Assembly (NCBI RefSeq): GCF_001447785.1
Contig: NW_015175360.1
Span: 528,933 to 592,932, forward strand
Length of the DNA: 64,000 nucleotides
Source of the DNA: Gekko japonicus
Taxonomy: Eukaryota
Direction of reading: 5' to 3'
A model generated the notes under the pieces. The model saw only the letters and a program-made list of their open reading frames with translations, had not been told where the DNA came from and ran no database searches. Positions 12,270 to 24,701 of this stretch are shown here, piece by piece. Numbering within the stretch: position 1 is the stretch's first letter; the number at the start of each line of letters is the position of its first letter. Position numbers and translations under genes: made by a program.

Positions 12270-13633
12270 TAGACTCGTTTCAGCCCGGCTTCTAGCCAGG
12301 TCATGGGACAGAGACGGCACTGGTCGCACTCACAGATGACCTCCAGAGGCATCTGGATCGAGGCGGTATGGCAGTGCTGTTGCTGTTAGATCTATTGGCG
12401 GCGTTTGACACTGTCGACCATCAGCTACTGATCCACTGCCTCGCCGACACTGGGATTCAGGGGTTTGCCTTGCAATGCCTTGTCTCCTTTCTCCAAGGTC
12501 GGGGACAGAGGGTGGCGTTAGGGGAGCAGACATCCCAGAGGTACCCGCTGGCCTGTGGGGTTCCTCTAGGGGCAGTACTGGCCCCGATGTTATTCAACAT
12601 CTACATGCTCCCCCTTGCCCAGATTGCTCGGAGGCACAGGCTAGGGTGCCACCCATATGCAGATGACACCCAGCTGTATCTGTTGTTGGGCGGTCAGTCC
12701 AACTCTACCCCAGATGACCTGGAGCGGGCGCTTTGTGACGTGGCAAGCTGGCTTAGACTGAGTCGACTGAAATTGAATCCAATGAAGATGGAGGTCCTGT
12801 GCCTGAGCGGACTGGGGGTAGGGACCCCACTTCCAACCTTCGATGGGGCGTCATTGGTGCCAGCGCCGAGGGTTAGGTGTTTGGAAATGCTTCTGGATGC
12901 CACCTTAACAATGGAGGCCCAGGTAGCAGCCACTGCCAAGGCAGCCTTTTACCAACTGCAGCTGATTAGGCAATTGGTTCCCTTCCTCGAACGCGATGAC
13001 CTGGCAACAGTGATTCATGCTATGGTCACCTCAAGATTAGACTACTGCAACGCTCTCTACATGGGGCTGCCCTTGTCTCGGATCCGGAAGCTGCAGCTAG
13101 TGCAAAATGCGGCGGCCAGGCTGTTGATGGGTCTCTCTATTTGAGACCACATCCAAGCTGTGCTGAAGGCACTGCACTGGCTGCCAATAGCTTACTGGAT
13201 CCGTTTCAAGGTGCTGGTTTTGACCTTTAAAGCCCTNNNNNNNNNNNNNNNNNNNNNNNNNNNNNNAATGAGCTCCCGGATAACATCAGGGCCCTGCAGG
13301 ACCTTCTACACTTCCACAGGGCCTGCAAAATGGAGCTCTTCCACCGGGCTTTCGATTAGGAGCTGCCACTGTGGGCCACTGGCGAATGCGCCTCTGACAA
13401 ATGCGCCGTCGGAATACATCTCGGCCCGCATGAAACATCGGTTGGTTAATTGCCTCTGTTTGTACATTGTATGCCATCATCATCATCAGTACTGTTCAAC
13501 TGCTTAGGCAGTTGTATTTATACTCTATTGTATTTTAATGTATTTATTGTCTTAGTGTTTTTAATGTTGTTAGCCGCCTTGAGCTAGTTCTGTGGCAAGG
13601 CAGGATACAAATTGAAATAATAAATAAATAAAA
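12270..13633 (+). mobile_element. L2-clade LINE, 5'-truncated (RT to 3' tail)
   Basis: LLLLDLLAAFDTVDH, GVPLGAVLAP, YADD, SRLDYCN, LHWLP motifs; (AAAT)n tail; stop codons present. Confidence 0.9.
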
Positions 13634-14499
13634 GTGGGGAAAGCTGTTTCAGGCCCACAGTGTACAGCATCAAAAGGTGCATTAGAGATGGGGGGAAGGT
13701 GTGTGTGTATATGTAATAGTGCACTCACTGTTCTAAATCTATTGAAGTCAACAGAGCTGTAAAAAAAATCCTAAGATTTAAAAGTTTACCAGGCTAAAGT
13801 GTGTGTGTGTATGTATACCTGCATCTGAACTTTCTTCTTTCAAGTAGGAGGCTCATAGATGAAAACAATACAGTGAAAGAAGATTAAGGTAAACCTGACA
13901 CTTTTAAAAGCAGGGGTTTCCACGCCAGCATTATGTCAATCCCGCCTCTCCATTTCCAGAACTACCAGGGCAGCTGTAATTTATTAACACAGAAATCCCA
14001 TTGAGTTCAATCAGATTTACCCCAGGACCACAAATTAGAACCCACAGTAGTCCCAAAGAGATTATGACAGAGAAAACAATTTTTGGATATCCATCACACA
14101 CAAAAAATCACAATCTTGTAACTACTTAAGTAACCAATGTGATGAAGAAGCAATAAGAGAAGTCCTCTTATACTTTTGCACCTATCTATTACCACGGAGC
14201 AGAGAAATGGTACTTCCCATTCCACAAGAGACTATGCAGGTTTCCTTGGGAGGATTTGATCAAAATCTAACCCAACACACTTGTGTTTTGAAATTATTCT
14301 AAATAAACTCTGGCGGTCTTACTTCTGAGCAAATAATCATCTAGGAGGACTGACTGATCTACAACCCTCGTTTGGGAGTAGAACCCAAGTAATCGGATTT
14401 ACTATCGACCACATGGGGCACATAGTCAAGCTTCAAGTGGCCCTAAAGGCGCACCCAAAGCCGGTTGAGATGCAATTATTGTATAAAAACACTCTAGAA

Positions 14500-15130
14500 A
14501 CAGGATGAATAAAAATAGGGGGCGGGGGAGAGGCGAAACTGCAGTTCCACGGTGGACGTTCGCAGACAGACCAGCCAAATCCACCCTTCTCCCTCCCCGC
14601 TACCTGTCGCGCAGATCTCCGCAGCCGAGACCCAGCGGGGTCATTTCGGCCTGCTTCACGGCCACTCCACGGCAGGACTTGACCGGGTAAATAAAGAGCC
14701 CCGACACCGTCCCCACCCGCACCAAGCCTCGATTAGTTCGCCGCCGCCGCCGCCAAGCCGTGGCGACCCCTAGCGCAGCCACCAGGGCCAAGGCGGAGGC
14801 GAGGAACCAGACGGAGCGGGCACTGGGCCGAGGGAGGAGGCCGGAGTCACCCATGGCCTCTGCAGCTCCAACAACAGCCAGCATGCAAAAGGCGCGCCGG
14901 GCGGGAGGGGGGCGTTATAATAGCAGCAGGCGGCTCCCCTGGTGGTGGGGACGGGCTTTCTGGCACTCTTTCGCTGCTGGGCAGCAGGCGCCGCTCAGCT
15001 GCCTCCCCACTTGCCTCCGCGAAAGCGCCGGGCGGAATGTTGCGCGCGGGTTGCCGGCAGAGGGCGATGTCAGAGAGGGCGTGTGAACTACGGCCCAAGC
15101 TGGACCAGATTCAGGATGTACGGCGGCAAC
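14500..15130 (-). promoter_or_regulatory. CpG-island promoter of MTARC with TATA-like element
   Basis: High GC and CpG density around exon 1; TATTATAA at 14922-14915 (minus strand); GGGCGG boxes. Confidence 0.7.
14604..14854 (-). CDS. MTARC2: Mitochondrial amidoxime reducing component (mARC2-type), coding exon 1
   Basis: ATG in GCCATGG Kozak context at 14854. Encodes MGDSGLL...a hydrophobic anchor, RRRRR, then VGTVSGLFIYPVKSCRG...LRDR (MOSC_N start). GT donor at 14603; lies in a CpG island. An in-frame upstream ATG exists at 14884. Confidence 0.93.
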
Positions 15131-15265
15131 TTTTATTTTGAACTCCAGTTCAAACGTCTAGACGAGGTTTCGAAGTCCTCGTAACTCTTCAGGCTGGATA
15201 CTCAGCACTGAAAGGAGGAGGTGATAGAAAAACTCGAAAGTTTGTAGCTCACATATAGAGTACAG

Positions 15266-15550
15266 AGCTGCGGTGGCTCAAGTGGTTAAGACGCTGAACT
15301 GCAGGCTGTGGAAGGTCAGTAGTTCAGCAGTTCATGGAGTGAGCTCCCATCTCTAGTTCCAGCTCCTGCCAACCTAGCAGTTCGAAAGCAAGAAATTGCA
15401 AGTAGCCTTGGCGTTTAGTCATGCCGGCCACATGACCACGGAAACGTCTTCGGACAGCGCTGGCTCTTCGGCTTTGAAACAAGGATGAGCACCGCAACCC
15501 TAGAGTCGGATTCGACTGGCTTTCGAGCAAGGGAACCTTTACCTTTACTT
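15266..15550 (+). mobile_element. Sauria SINE, internally deleted
   Basis: Near-identical to 5104-5452, with (ACCTTT)n tail. Confidence 0.85.
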
Positions 15551-17044
15551 TTTTACAGCCCAGCCTTGCCAATCTCCAGGTGGTGGCTGGAGATCTCCTG
15601 TAATTACAACTGATCTCCAGACTACAGAGATCGCTTCCCTTGGAAAAAATGGTTGCTCTGGGAGGTAGACTCAATATCATTATACTCTGCTGAGGTCCCC
15701 CCTTTCCCTANNNNNNNNNNNNNNNNNNNNNNNNNNNNNNNTCCCTACATCCCGTCCTCCCCAGGCTCACCCATGGGGGGAAAATCTCCAGGGATTTCCC
15801 AGTCCAGTGATGGCAACCCTAGCTCTTGATTAGAGACTGTCTTTGGTAGACTGCCCCAGACAGTATAGGTTGGGGCTTTCCCATGGCTTCTGTTTTCCAG
15901 GCGCGCACCCCTTTCAGTATGGGTTCAGCTTCAAGAAAAATTCTTGAGAACTCAGATATTCACTTGCGACTTTCTGACATCGTAGTTTGCTATAATATTA
16001 CACTACAACAGCTTTTAAATTAGTTCTATGGACCAACGAGCTGTTTGTGAGAACATGGCTTCTTTATGACAGAAAGGGACTCCAAGGTGTATCGCATGAA
16101 CCACACATGAAGCTGCCTTATACTGCATCAGACCCTTAATCCATCAAGGTCCCTGTGCTGCCTATCCACTCTACCACCAGAAGCTCTGCAGGGTCTTCAG
16201 CGGGTGCTCTGTCACTTGAGCTACAGCCCCTCCCTTGCAAGGCGCTGTCTCCAGAGCCTGGAGGGAAGTGTATGAGTCAGGGTGGTCCAGAGATTATTCT
16301 GGGGTGCAGCTGCCCCCAATTTCTTAATATTCATTTCTCCTGGAAGGCACCTTATTGTGGGGCAGTTACTATCAGAACCAGTGTTTGGGCTGGGCATCAG
16401 TGAATGCCACCTTGTAAGGCAGAGCCCCTGAATCTGAGGATGGATGATTTGAGGTGATCCAAAGCCCTTCTGGGAGTGCAGAGCTTATTCATATCATCAA
16501 TATTTGGGGTTGGATCTGTGAACTGGGAACCATCCTCAGCCTTATGCTTTGTTACTATCATCTGTATTGAGATTTCTTGGTCTATATAAGCCATTCACAC
16601 ATGCATTAATCAATATTTGAAGACTCCCCAGTGAGTGCGTGAATGAGTGCTTGTGAGTGAGCAAGGTTCATGGTTCCTTAAATACCCAATTTGTACGTGC
16701 ATGTATAAGCATTGAGAAATGGCCTAGGCTTACAGACCAATCTTATCTTCTCTGCAGTGAGAGGATTGCTCTCAGAGGTCATGTGCCCACACTTTAAAGA
16801 ACTGACTTGTCAATTCATAGCAATGGGCCATCTAGTCCAGCCATTCCGTTCCCAGCAGCTGCGTGCTCACAAGCAGGGGAGGAAGGTGGTAGCCATAGTT
16901 ATTGGTCCCCACCATCTGGCACTCTGAAATGCAATGTTTCTACATATGGAAGTTGTTTTGTTTTATCATAATTAATTCTCAGGGGTAGATACATCCTCCA
17001 TGAATTTATTTTAATCAGTTATTACAGCCATCTAAGCTATCATC

Positions 17045-17284
17045 TCTGGCCCCAGCTCCTGCCAACCTAGCAGTTCGAAAGCAAGAAATCGCAAGTAGAT
17101 AAATAGGTACCACTTAGGTGGGAAGGTAACAGCGTTCCGTGTGCCTTGGTGTTTAGTCATGCCGGCCACATGACCACGGAAACATATTCGGACAGCGCTG
17201 GCTCTTCGGCTTTGAAACGGAGATGAGCATTGCAACCCTAGAGTCGGACTTGACTGGCTTTCGAGCAAGGGAACCTTTACCTTT
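17045..17284 (+). mobile_element. Sauria SINE, 5'-truncated
   Basis: Same family; flanked by TSD aagctatcatc. Confidence 0.85.
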
Positions 17285-17994
17285 AAGCTATCATCAAACC
17301 ATTGCTAGTGGATTCCAAAAGTATAATTATGATTTATGTGAAATGTTGTATTTGTCCTACACCTACTGCAAATTAACTGTTAGGTGACTGAACTCTAGCA
17401 TTATGAGAGAGGAAGATTTGTTTTAAATTACCTTTCTAGAATTATATGGAGCTGAATTCTGCAGTCCATGAATGGAGCTCCAGTCTTGGAATGGAACTGC
17501 TCCCCTTTTGCTGAAGACCCCCTACCCCTCCTGAAATGCTACCCCTGGAGTTCAGGGTACCCCAGGAACAGTGCTGAGTGTGATGTGTGGGTCTGCAGTG
17601 AGGGGGGACTGGTGAAAATCTGTTCCCTCCTTCATTTATTTATCTATCAGATTTATACCCTGCCCACCCAGCCAAGGCCGGCTCAGGGCTGCTTACATAA
17701 AAAGAATAAAACCCATCTTTGATGTCAGTGCAGCTTTGGCTGCAGCTTGAGGTGGGGAAGTTGCTCAGCGTGGCGGGACTGTGGCAGAGCCAGATTGGTG
17801 CTGCTGCCACACCAGCCTTCTGCTGCCTTTCCCCCACCTCGGCCTGGGAACATGCAGAGTTCCTGCCATGCCGCCAAACAAGGAGTGGCACAATTGGCTA
17901 AAGGCAGAGGCGGGGTGCTGCTCTGAGGGGGGAGTGCTCTGTGGCTGAGGGAGAGACCCAAGCAGAGAGCCGTTTGAGTTCCTGGGTGGGCAAC

Positions 17995-18690
17995 TGTTGT
18001 AAGTCAGTCTGTGCTGAGTGATTACTCAGATTTCTCAGATAAAGAGCTACCTGCTAGCCCTGAGGCAGTGCAGCCAGCTCTGAGCCAGGAGAACAACAAG
18101 AGATCAGGTTACCAACTGATCAGGAGTCACAGCCTACAGCTGAAACCAAGCCAACACCTTGTAGCTCTGAAGCAGTAAACAAGTCTTCAGCAGCCACTCA
18201 CAGTCTACCTAGCTCACCCAGAGCCTTGCAGCACCGATGCTGTCAGAGATGCTTACAGTTGCAAGAAAGAAGAAGTGCAAGACTCATGGCCTGTCATCAG
18301 CTATCAAGTGAGTAGTTTCAGGATGACTGCCAAGGAATTGGCTGGGAGTTTAACTCATTAAGACTTGGCTATAAATTCAGCTGGGAGAAGCAGCAGTTTG
18401 TGGCTGTAACAAGTAAACTTTATTGGGAGAAGCAGCAGTTTGTGGCTGTAACTTTACTACTGAGTCACCAACCTTACTGCTACTGGATCTCTGTAACCTT
18501 GAACCTCAAACTGGACCTGGTGACCAGCTTTTCTGGAACCCCTGACCTCAGATTGGACTTGCTGCCTGGAACTCCTTGATCCCAAAATGGAATTTGGTAA
18601 ATTTGGAACCCCTGGTTTTTGGACTGGACTTTGGTTACTCTCTGCAACCTTGTCTCTGACCTGTCCTGCTAGACCACAGCCCGTGTCTCC
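17995..18690 (+). mobile_element. Possible solo LTR
   Basis: TG start, TATAAA at 18370, short internal repeats (29-bp duplication 18382/18424; ggact/ggacc motifs). Boundaries and TSD not established. Confidence 0.4.
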
Positions 18691-19228
18691 TGGGGAAGCT
18701 ACATCAGTACAGCAGCCTTCCTTAGGCAATGGCAATGAGAGAGAGAGCTTGATTTGGTGAAGCTGCAGCTAACCTGAGGCAAAGAAAAGTGTCACTGAGT
18801 CCTGTGGGGAGTTCCCCTGGCTGGCACTGTTCTCGGGGCATGGGTGTGGTGTGGGAGCACATGCCTTTAAATAACTCTTTAATGTATTTTTTTTACATTT
18901 TGAGATAAAATTTGTGGGGTTGTAGCTTTACGAGAGGGGGGCAGAGCCCTGAAAAGCCCCACTGTAGCTATAGGCCTGAGGTGCCCTTGCGTTGGTGGAA
19001 ATAGACTGTAGGATTCAACTGTGATGTAGTGTACAGTAAAATAAATGCATTTCTGAATGACTTTAGGGCCAACACACTTGTCTTTTAATGTTATATCTGC
19101 TGTGTTTGTTTATGATATAGATTTTACACCAGTGCTGTAGTTCTAAGCATGCTTCCTGGCTTGAGAGTCCTATTGAACTCTGTTGGACTTACTTCTAAGA
19201 AAGCATGCTCAGGGTCATGATGCATACC

Positions 19229-22087
19229 TGTTGTGTATGTGGGCCACCACGAGGGGTTCGCGGCACAGGCAAGAGCTTGGATCTGAGAACAATGGAAACT
19301 TTGGATCCTAGATCCCCCAGCCCCAACCAATAGCCACTTTGGCGGGACATTCAAACCTTCCAATGGGAATGGGGGGTGCTGGGTGGATATGTATACAGTT
19401 GGCCCTGTCGGGCCGTTAGTTAGTCTTTGTCTGTGTTAAGTACAATAAGTGCGTGCTGAAGCATGTCGTCATCTGAGTCCTCCATGCGGCGAACCCAGTA
19501 CTTTTCAGTGGCGACGAGGATGGGCTTTCCTGGCCGCCTTGAGACAGCTGGCCATGGACTGTGCATTTACAAAGGTGGAGGAGAACCTACTAATGCAATT
19601 TGTGTGAGGCATCAGCGACCAGAAGCTGCGAAGAAAGTTGATCGGTACCACTGACATCAAGCGCGACACAGCCCTCCAACTCGCTATCGCCCACGAGGCC
19701 TCTCACCGAGACCGTCCGCCGGTGGCGACTCACCTCATACTCCCCGACTCAGGCCCTGAGAACTCAGAAGAGGACGACGTCCGGCTCATCCGCCAGACAG
19801 TACGCCGAAAGCCACTGGGTCCTGCGGCATCAGGATCCACCACTGGCCGCTCCTCATGTGCCAGCTGCGGCAAGGCACGTGAGCGCAAGTCTTGTCGCTT
19901 CTGTGATGCGACATGCCACACTTTGGGAAACGGTCATCTCGCTCCAGTCTGCCGGTCAAAGGGAAGCCGGCACAAGCAGCCTCCAGCGCAGCCACGCCGC
20001 CCTGCCGCATCCCACAAGACGGCAGCAGAGACATCTGACCTCTACTTCCTCACGGATTGGCCATCGCTACAGGTACTACACCTCCCGAAATTAGAGACTA
20101 CCCCAAAGATCCAACTAATGGTACAAATCGAAGGGTCCCCCTGCACGATGGAAGTGACTCGGGGTCAGCGGCGTCCATCGTTTCCATGGACACGCTCCGC
20201 AGACTTTGCCCAAATGGGGGACCCCGCTTATGCCCACCCAATTTGAACCCAGTTCCTATCCGGGAGGTGGGGACGTTCCGGGTACAGTTTGGGACGGTTG
20301 GACTTGATAGTGGTTGAGGGAAATCTGGTCAGTCTGCTGGGTCGGGCCTGGTTCGTGCCGCTGGGCATCACAGTCGGGGTTGGGGGGGTGCTTAAATGTG
20401 GTCTGAGAGACTTTTTGGAGATTTGGGAGGAGTTCCCGGCAGTTTTCGATGGGGCTTTAGGTTGTTACAAGGGCCCCCGGTCTCCTTGCAGTTAGACCCC
20501 CTGGTAGCCCCAATCCGTATGCGATTCCGCACAGCCCCACTCGCCATATGACCAAAAATTGACGCAGAGCTGGACCGCTTGGTGGCACAAGGGGTCTTGG
20601 AGCCCGTCCTGCATGCCATATGGGAAACGCCCATTGTAACTCCCCTTCAGCCCAACAGGGAGGTCCTTCATGACCCCTCCTACCCGGTCCCGGTCATGAG
20701 CCATGTTTTAGCCTCATTAGCGGGGGCTAAGATTTTCGGGAAACTGGACCTAGCACAGGCCTATCAACAGCTGCCGGTAGATGTGGCCACATCTACCGTG
20801 CAGACTATAGTCACCCACAGGGGAGCTTTTAGGGTAAAGAGGCTACAATTCGGCATGAGCGTAGCCCCAGGAATTTTCCAACAACTAATGGATTCATTGT
20901 TAAAAGGGATCCCTGGAGTGATGCCATTTTTCGACGACGTCCTGATTGCTGCGGCATCCCCCAATGACTTCGCCTCCGCGCCGTTGTGCAACGCTTTGAC
21001 TCGGCCGGCCTCAAAGTGAAACGGGAAAAGTGCCTCCTCGGGGTTCCAGAGGTGGACTTCCTGGGGTTCCAGGTTGATGCTACCGGTCTGCATCCAGCAA
21101 AGGACAAAGTGAAGGCCATCGTGGAGGCTCCCGCCCCCACTTGCAAAGCGGAACTACAGGCGTTCTTGGGACTAATAAACTTTTATCACGCCTTTTTGCC
21201 TCATAAGGCTGTGGTAGCAGAACCCCTACACCGGCTCCTAGATAAGTTGGCCCCGTGGACCTGGGGCCCGAGGGAGGGGGCGGCGTTCAGGGGAGTGAAA
21301 GCGCTTTTAATTTCTAATGATGTGCTAGCCCACTTTGACGAATCCCTCCCAGTTGTCCTTGCATGCGACGCCTCTCCCTACGGAGTCAGCGTGGTTCTTG
21401 GCCACATTCTCTCTGATGGCCGCGAGGTCCCCATGGCCTATTACTCACGGACATTGACAGCCGTGCACTGTCTGGCGGACGAGCCGGAGATGCCAAACCT
21501 GCCAAGAAGTTTGGCCCAACCCGCCAAGCGCTCCCACACAGTCATGGGAGTCAACCCGCAAACCATGGTCCTGGCTACATATCAACTTCGCTGGACCGTT
21601 CCAGGGACTACTATTCTTAGTAACGGTTGACTCCTACTCCAAGTGGCTAGAGGTCAGCCCCGTGTCTACCACCTCCACTAAGGCAGTAATCAGATTCCTC
21701 CGCCAGATCTTCGCCACGCATGGCCTGCCGGACACAATAGTCTCAGACAACGGGGCAGCCTTCACGTCTGCGGAGTTCCAGGAATTCATACAGAGAAACC
21801 TGATCAGGCACATCCGCTCGGCACCCTTCCACCCTGCGACCAACGGCCAGGCAGAGCGAATGGTGCGTACCGCGAAGGAAGGCCTTAGCCAGATTTCAGA
21901 GGGGGGCTGGGAGTTCCGCCTAGCCCGTTTCCTCCTGACCAATAGGGAATGGGGGGTGCTGGGTGGATATGTATATAGTTGGCCCTGTTGGGCCGTTAGT
22001 TAGTCTTTGTCTGTGTTAAGTACAATAAACGCGTGCTGAAGCATGTCGTCGTCTGAGTCCTCCATGCGGCGAATCCAGTACTTTTCA
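19229..22087 (+). mobile_element. Internally deleted Ty3/Gypsy (Mag-like) LTR retrotransposon
   Basis: 5' LTR 19229(TG)-19507(CA); PBS TGGCGACGAGGATGGG at 19509. Remnants: gag double Cys/His knuckle, protease DSGSA, RT (LDLAQAYQQL, FFDD), RNase H (LACDASPYG), integrase (TIVSDNG, HPATNGQAER). Truncated 3' LTR about 21940-22087; TSD atacc/ataac; several frameshifts. Confidence 0.93.
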
Positions 22088-22663
22088 ATAACTTCCTATA
22101 AACCATGGTTCCATTTCATAGTCAATGGATCATCTAACTATGGAAGACAATGGAGAGAAAGGAAATGTAATTTTTGTTACTTTTGGAACAGATGAAGAGC
22201 AATGAATACTTTTTTTATGGCTGCCATGAGGTCATAATGGATTGCAGGCTGTGATGAGTGGTACTTCTGACATCATAATTAGCTCCTTGGCAACAGCTGA
22301 AGCATAAACACAGAAGCCATTGCTTTATGAACTCACACTAACCTTGGCTGACCAAGCAAAAGTGTTACCTGGTGAACTCTCTCTGCATCTGAAGTTTGAA
22401 GCATCTGGAGTCCTGATCTCGATCTCTCAGCTTGAGCTCAGGCTACTGAGCTGGGACCATAGCTTCCAACTCTCCCGTGGCTTCTCTCTACATCTTAAAT
22501 TGATATCCTTTAAAGACTTTGTTTCAGCTTACTTGAACTATTCAATTAGGACTCCACAGAAGGCTTAAACTAAATCTTTTAAGAATAGTGAGACAAAACC
22601 CAAGTCCCGGGACTTGACAAAAGAAGCAGCAGAGGACTTGGCAAAGGAGAGAGCCGAAGCAAG

Positions 22664-23070
22664 ATGGGAGACTGGAAAGCCTACATCAACACCGTCCTGA
22701 AGGACAAAAACATTGAAGATGTAGCCATTGTGGGACATTCTGACAATAAGTCAGTATGGGCTTCTAAACCGGGAGGCCTCCTGGCAGCCATCTCTCCCCA
22801 GGAAGTNNNNNNNNNNNNNNNNNNNNNNNNNNNNNNNNNNNNNNNNNNAACATAGCTGGCAAAAAGTGCAGTGTGATCCGCGATAACTTGCTAATGGATA
22901 AAGATGCTGTGATGGACACCAGAACCAAAGGTGGCGACAGCAAATCTATCTGTATTGGGAAGACTGCAAAAGCACTCATCTTCCTCATGGGCAAGAAGGG
23001 AGTCCATGGAGGCGCTCTTAATAAGAAGATGCATGACTTGATAGCCAGCATGAAAGCAAAAGGCAGCTAA
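22664..23070 (+). CDS. PFN3: Profilin-3-like protein, intronless, interrupted by a 42-N gap
   Basis: [48 protein letters not shown]...[73 protein letters not shown]. Closely matches mammalian PFN3 (MGDWKVYI...[17 protein letters not shown]...GVHGG). Good Kozak context (aagATGG). Confidence 0.9.
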
Positions 23071-23137
23071 AGCCAGACTTGCAGCTCCATCACTTTTCTC
23101 CTGGCTCAAGGATGTGGGGGAATTATCGTTAGCGTAA

Positions 23138-23143
23138 AATAAA
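23138..23143 (+). terminator. Polyadenylation signal of the PFN3-like gene
   Basis: AATAAA 68 nt after the stop codon, followed by U/GU-rich sequence. Confidence 0.65.
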
Positions 23144-24701
23144 AGGCGTTTACCCAGCTTTCCCTTGTATCTTTTGTGAGGTGGGATGGGATTTGTCTGT
23201 TGCTCTAAATGAAACTGGTTTCCTTGGGGAAAGAGCAGACCTGGGGTTGTTGTTTAAAACTATCTCTAGAAGGCAGCTTCTCCAGCTCAGTATGAATTGT
23301 TGTACTAAACTAGAGATGGGAAGGGTAAGATAGAGAAGAAGGTACATGGTGATCTTGCTAGCCCCTGTGTTGCCACTTGGACTAAAAGGGTTTGGCACAG
23401 TCCTCATGTCGTTTAAAGATTTCGGGTACACAGAATCAGGGAGAGCTGGCTGGCATCAAATGGCATGGTGGTTGAGAGTGTTGGACTAGGACCTGCAACA
23501 ACCTTGTTCAAACCCCTGCTCTGCCATGGAAGAAGGCATTCATTATTAGTGACTTTATTTTTTAATTCTATCACTGGCCAATTAGTTGCCAGAATAATTC
23601 CCCTGCCTCCTCGTTAGCTATTCTGGCAAAGTGCACAACTCTAAGTTCTGTCTCTGCAGACTACAAACTGAAGGAAAGGTATCATCATTACTCTTCCGCC
23701 TTCTTTGAAAAGTGATACTTCTAACTTGTTTTCCCTGTTTCGGCAAAAGAAAATCTCATTCATTGGTGTTTCACAGCCCCCAAGACAAACAGCAGCAAGC
23801 ATAAGAAAACAAAACAAAACCCCACATGTGGCTCCCTGACGAAATTTAGAAACTAAAATGTGCATGTGTATATGTACACACACACACAAAAATGGGCCCA
23901 GAGAACTCCAAAGAATTTCAGTTCCAGAACTGGTATTCCAAATCTGTGACTTTTATGGTAGGCTCTGATTTATTCTGTAACGGGTTTGCACACAGTTTAA
24001 ATGAAAGGAAGGCTTTGGAGTTCTGTGCAACACTTCTTTAAGGTCTGAACATTTTTGAGAATATATGAGGCACTTAGCCAAGGCAAACTGAAGGTCAACA
24101 GTGGACAAGCCTAAGTATACTAATAACAAACGGGGGGGGATTGGGGGCAGTAGCGGCAGTGGGTAGCTCAGAAATGTGAGTTGTGTGGATTCCATTCCCA
24201 CCCCCACTTGCTACTGTCGCCAGGGCACATTTTCCGGCTCCTGCCTGGAAGCAGCTAATGTGAGAGAACAAAGATGGCCTCTTCAACCAATGTGTCCACT
24301 GCATGTACAACTGCAGATATCCAGAGCCAGTTGTCTCTCAGGGTGTGTGTAGATCCCATGCATGTGATTAGAAACTGTACATCATTCTCATATATTTTGT
24401 GGGACATACAATAGACACATACACACAAATGCTTTTTCACTGGCAAAGCAGTTCTTGTGTTCCAAAGGGGAAATCCCAGGAACCATTTTAAAATGCACGC
24501 AACACAGAGACTGATCACTTGAATGGTGTTCTCCGGGGGAGGGGAGAAGCACAAGGGGGTGGATGTACAGGCAATCAGCCTTGCCCAGTGGGCCAAACCA
24601 CAAGCCTGGGAGGGGCATTTGAGATTGGGGAAATGGTGTGGATAAATGAGTTCTCGATCGACAGCAATAGTAGTTTCCTCTCCATTGCACTGCTCCGAAG
24701 C

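Noticed and set aside
11269-13144. Functional reverse transcriptase gene
   Set aside because: Truncated L2 fragments with stops and no endonuclease domain or ORF1.
18382-18660. CRISPR-like or regular repeat-spacer array
   Set aside because: Only one 29-bp duplication and irregular short motifs within an LTR-like repeat in a vertebrate genome.
22807-22848. Frameshift or intron splitting the profilin ORF
   Set aside because: The break coincides with an N-gap of estimated length; about 49 nt would restore colinearity with PFN3.
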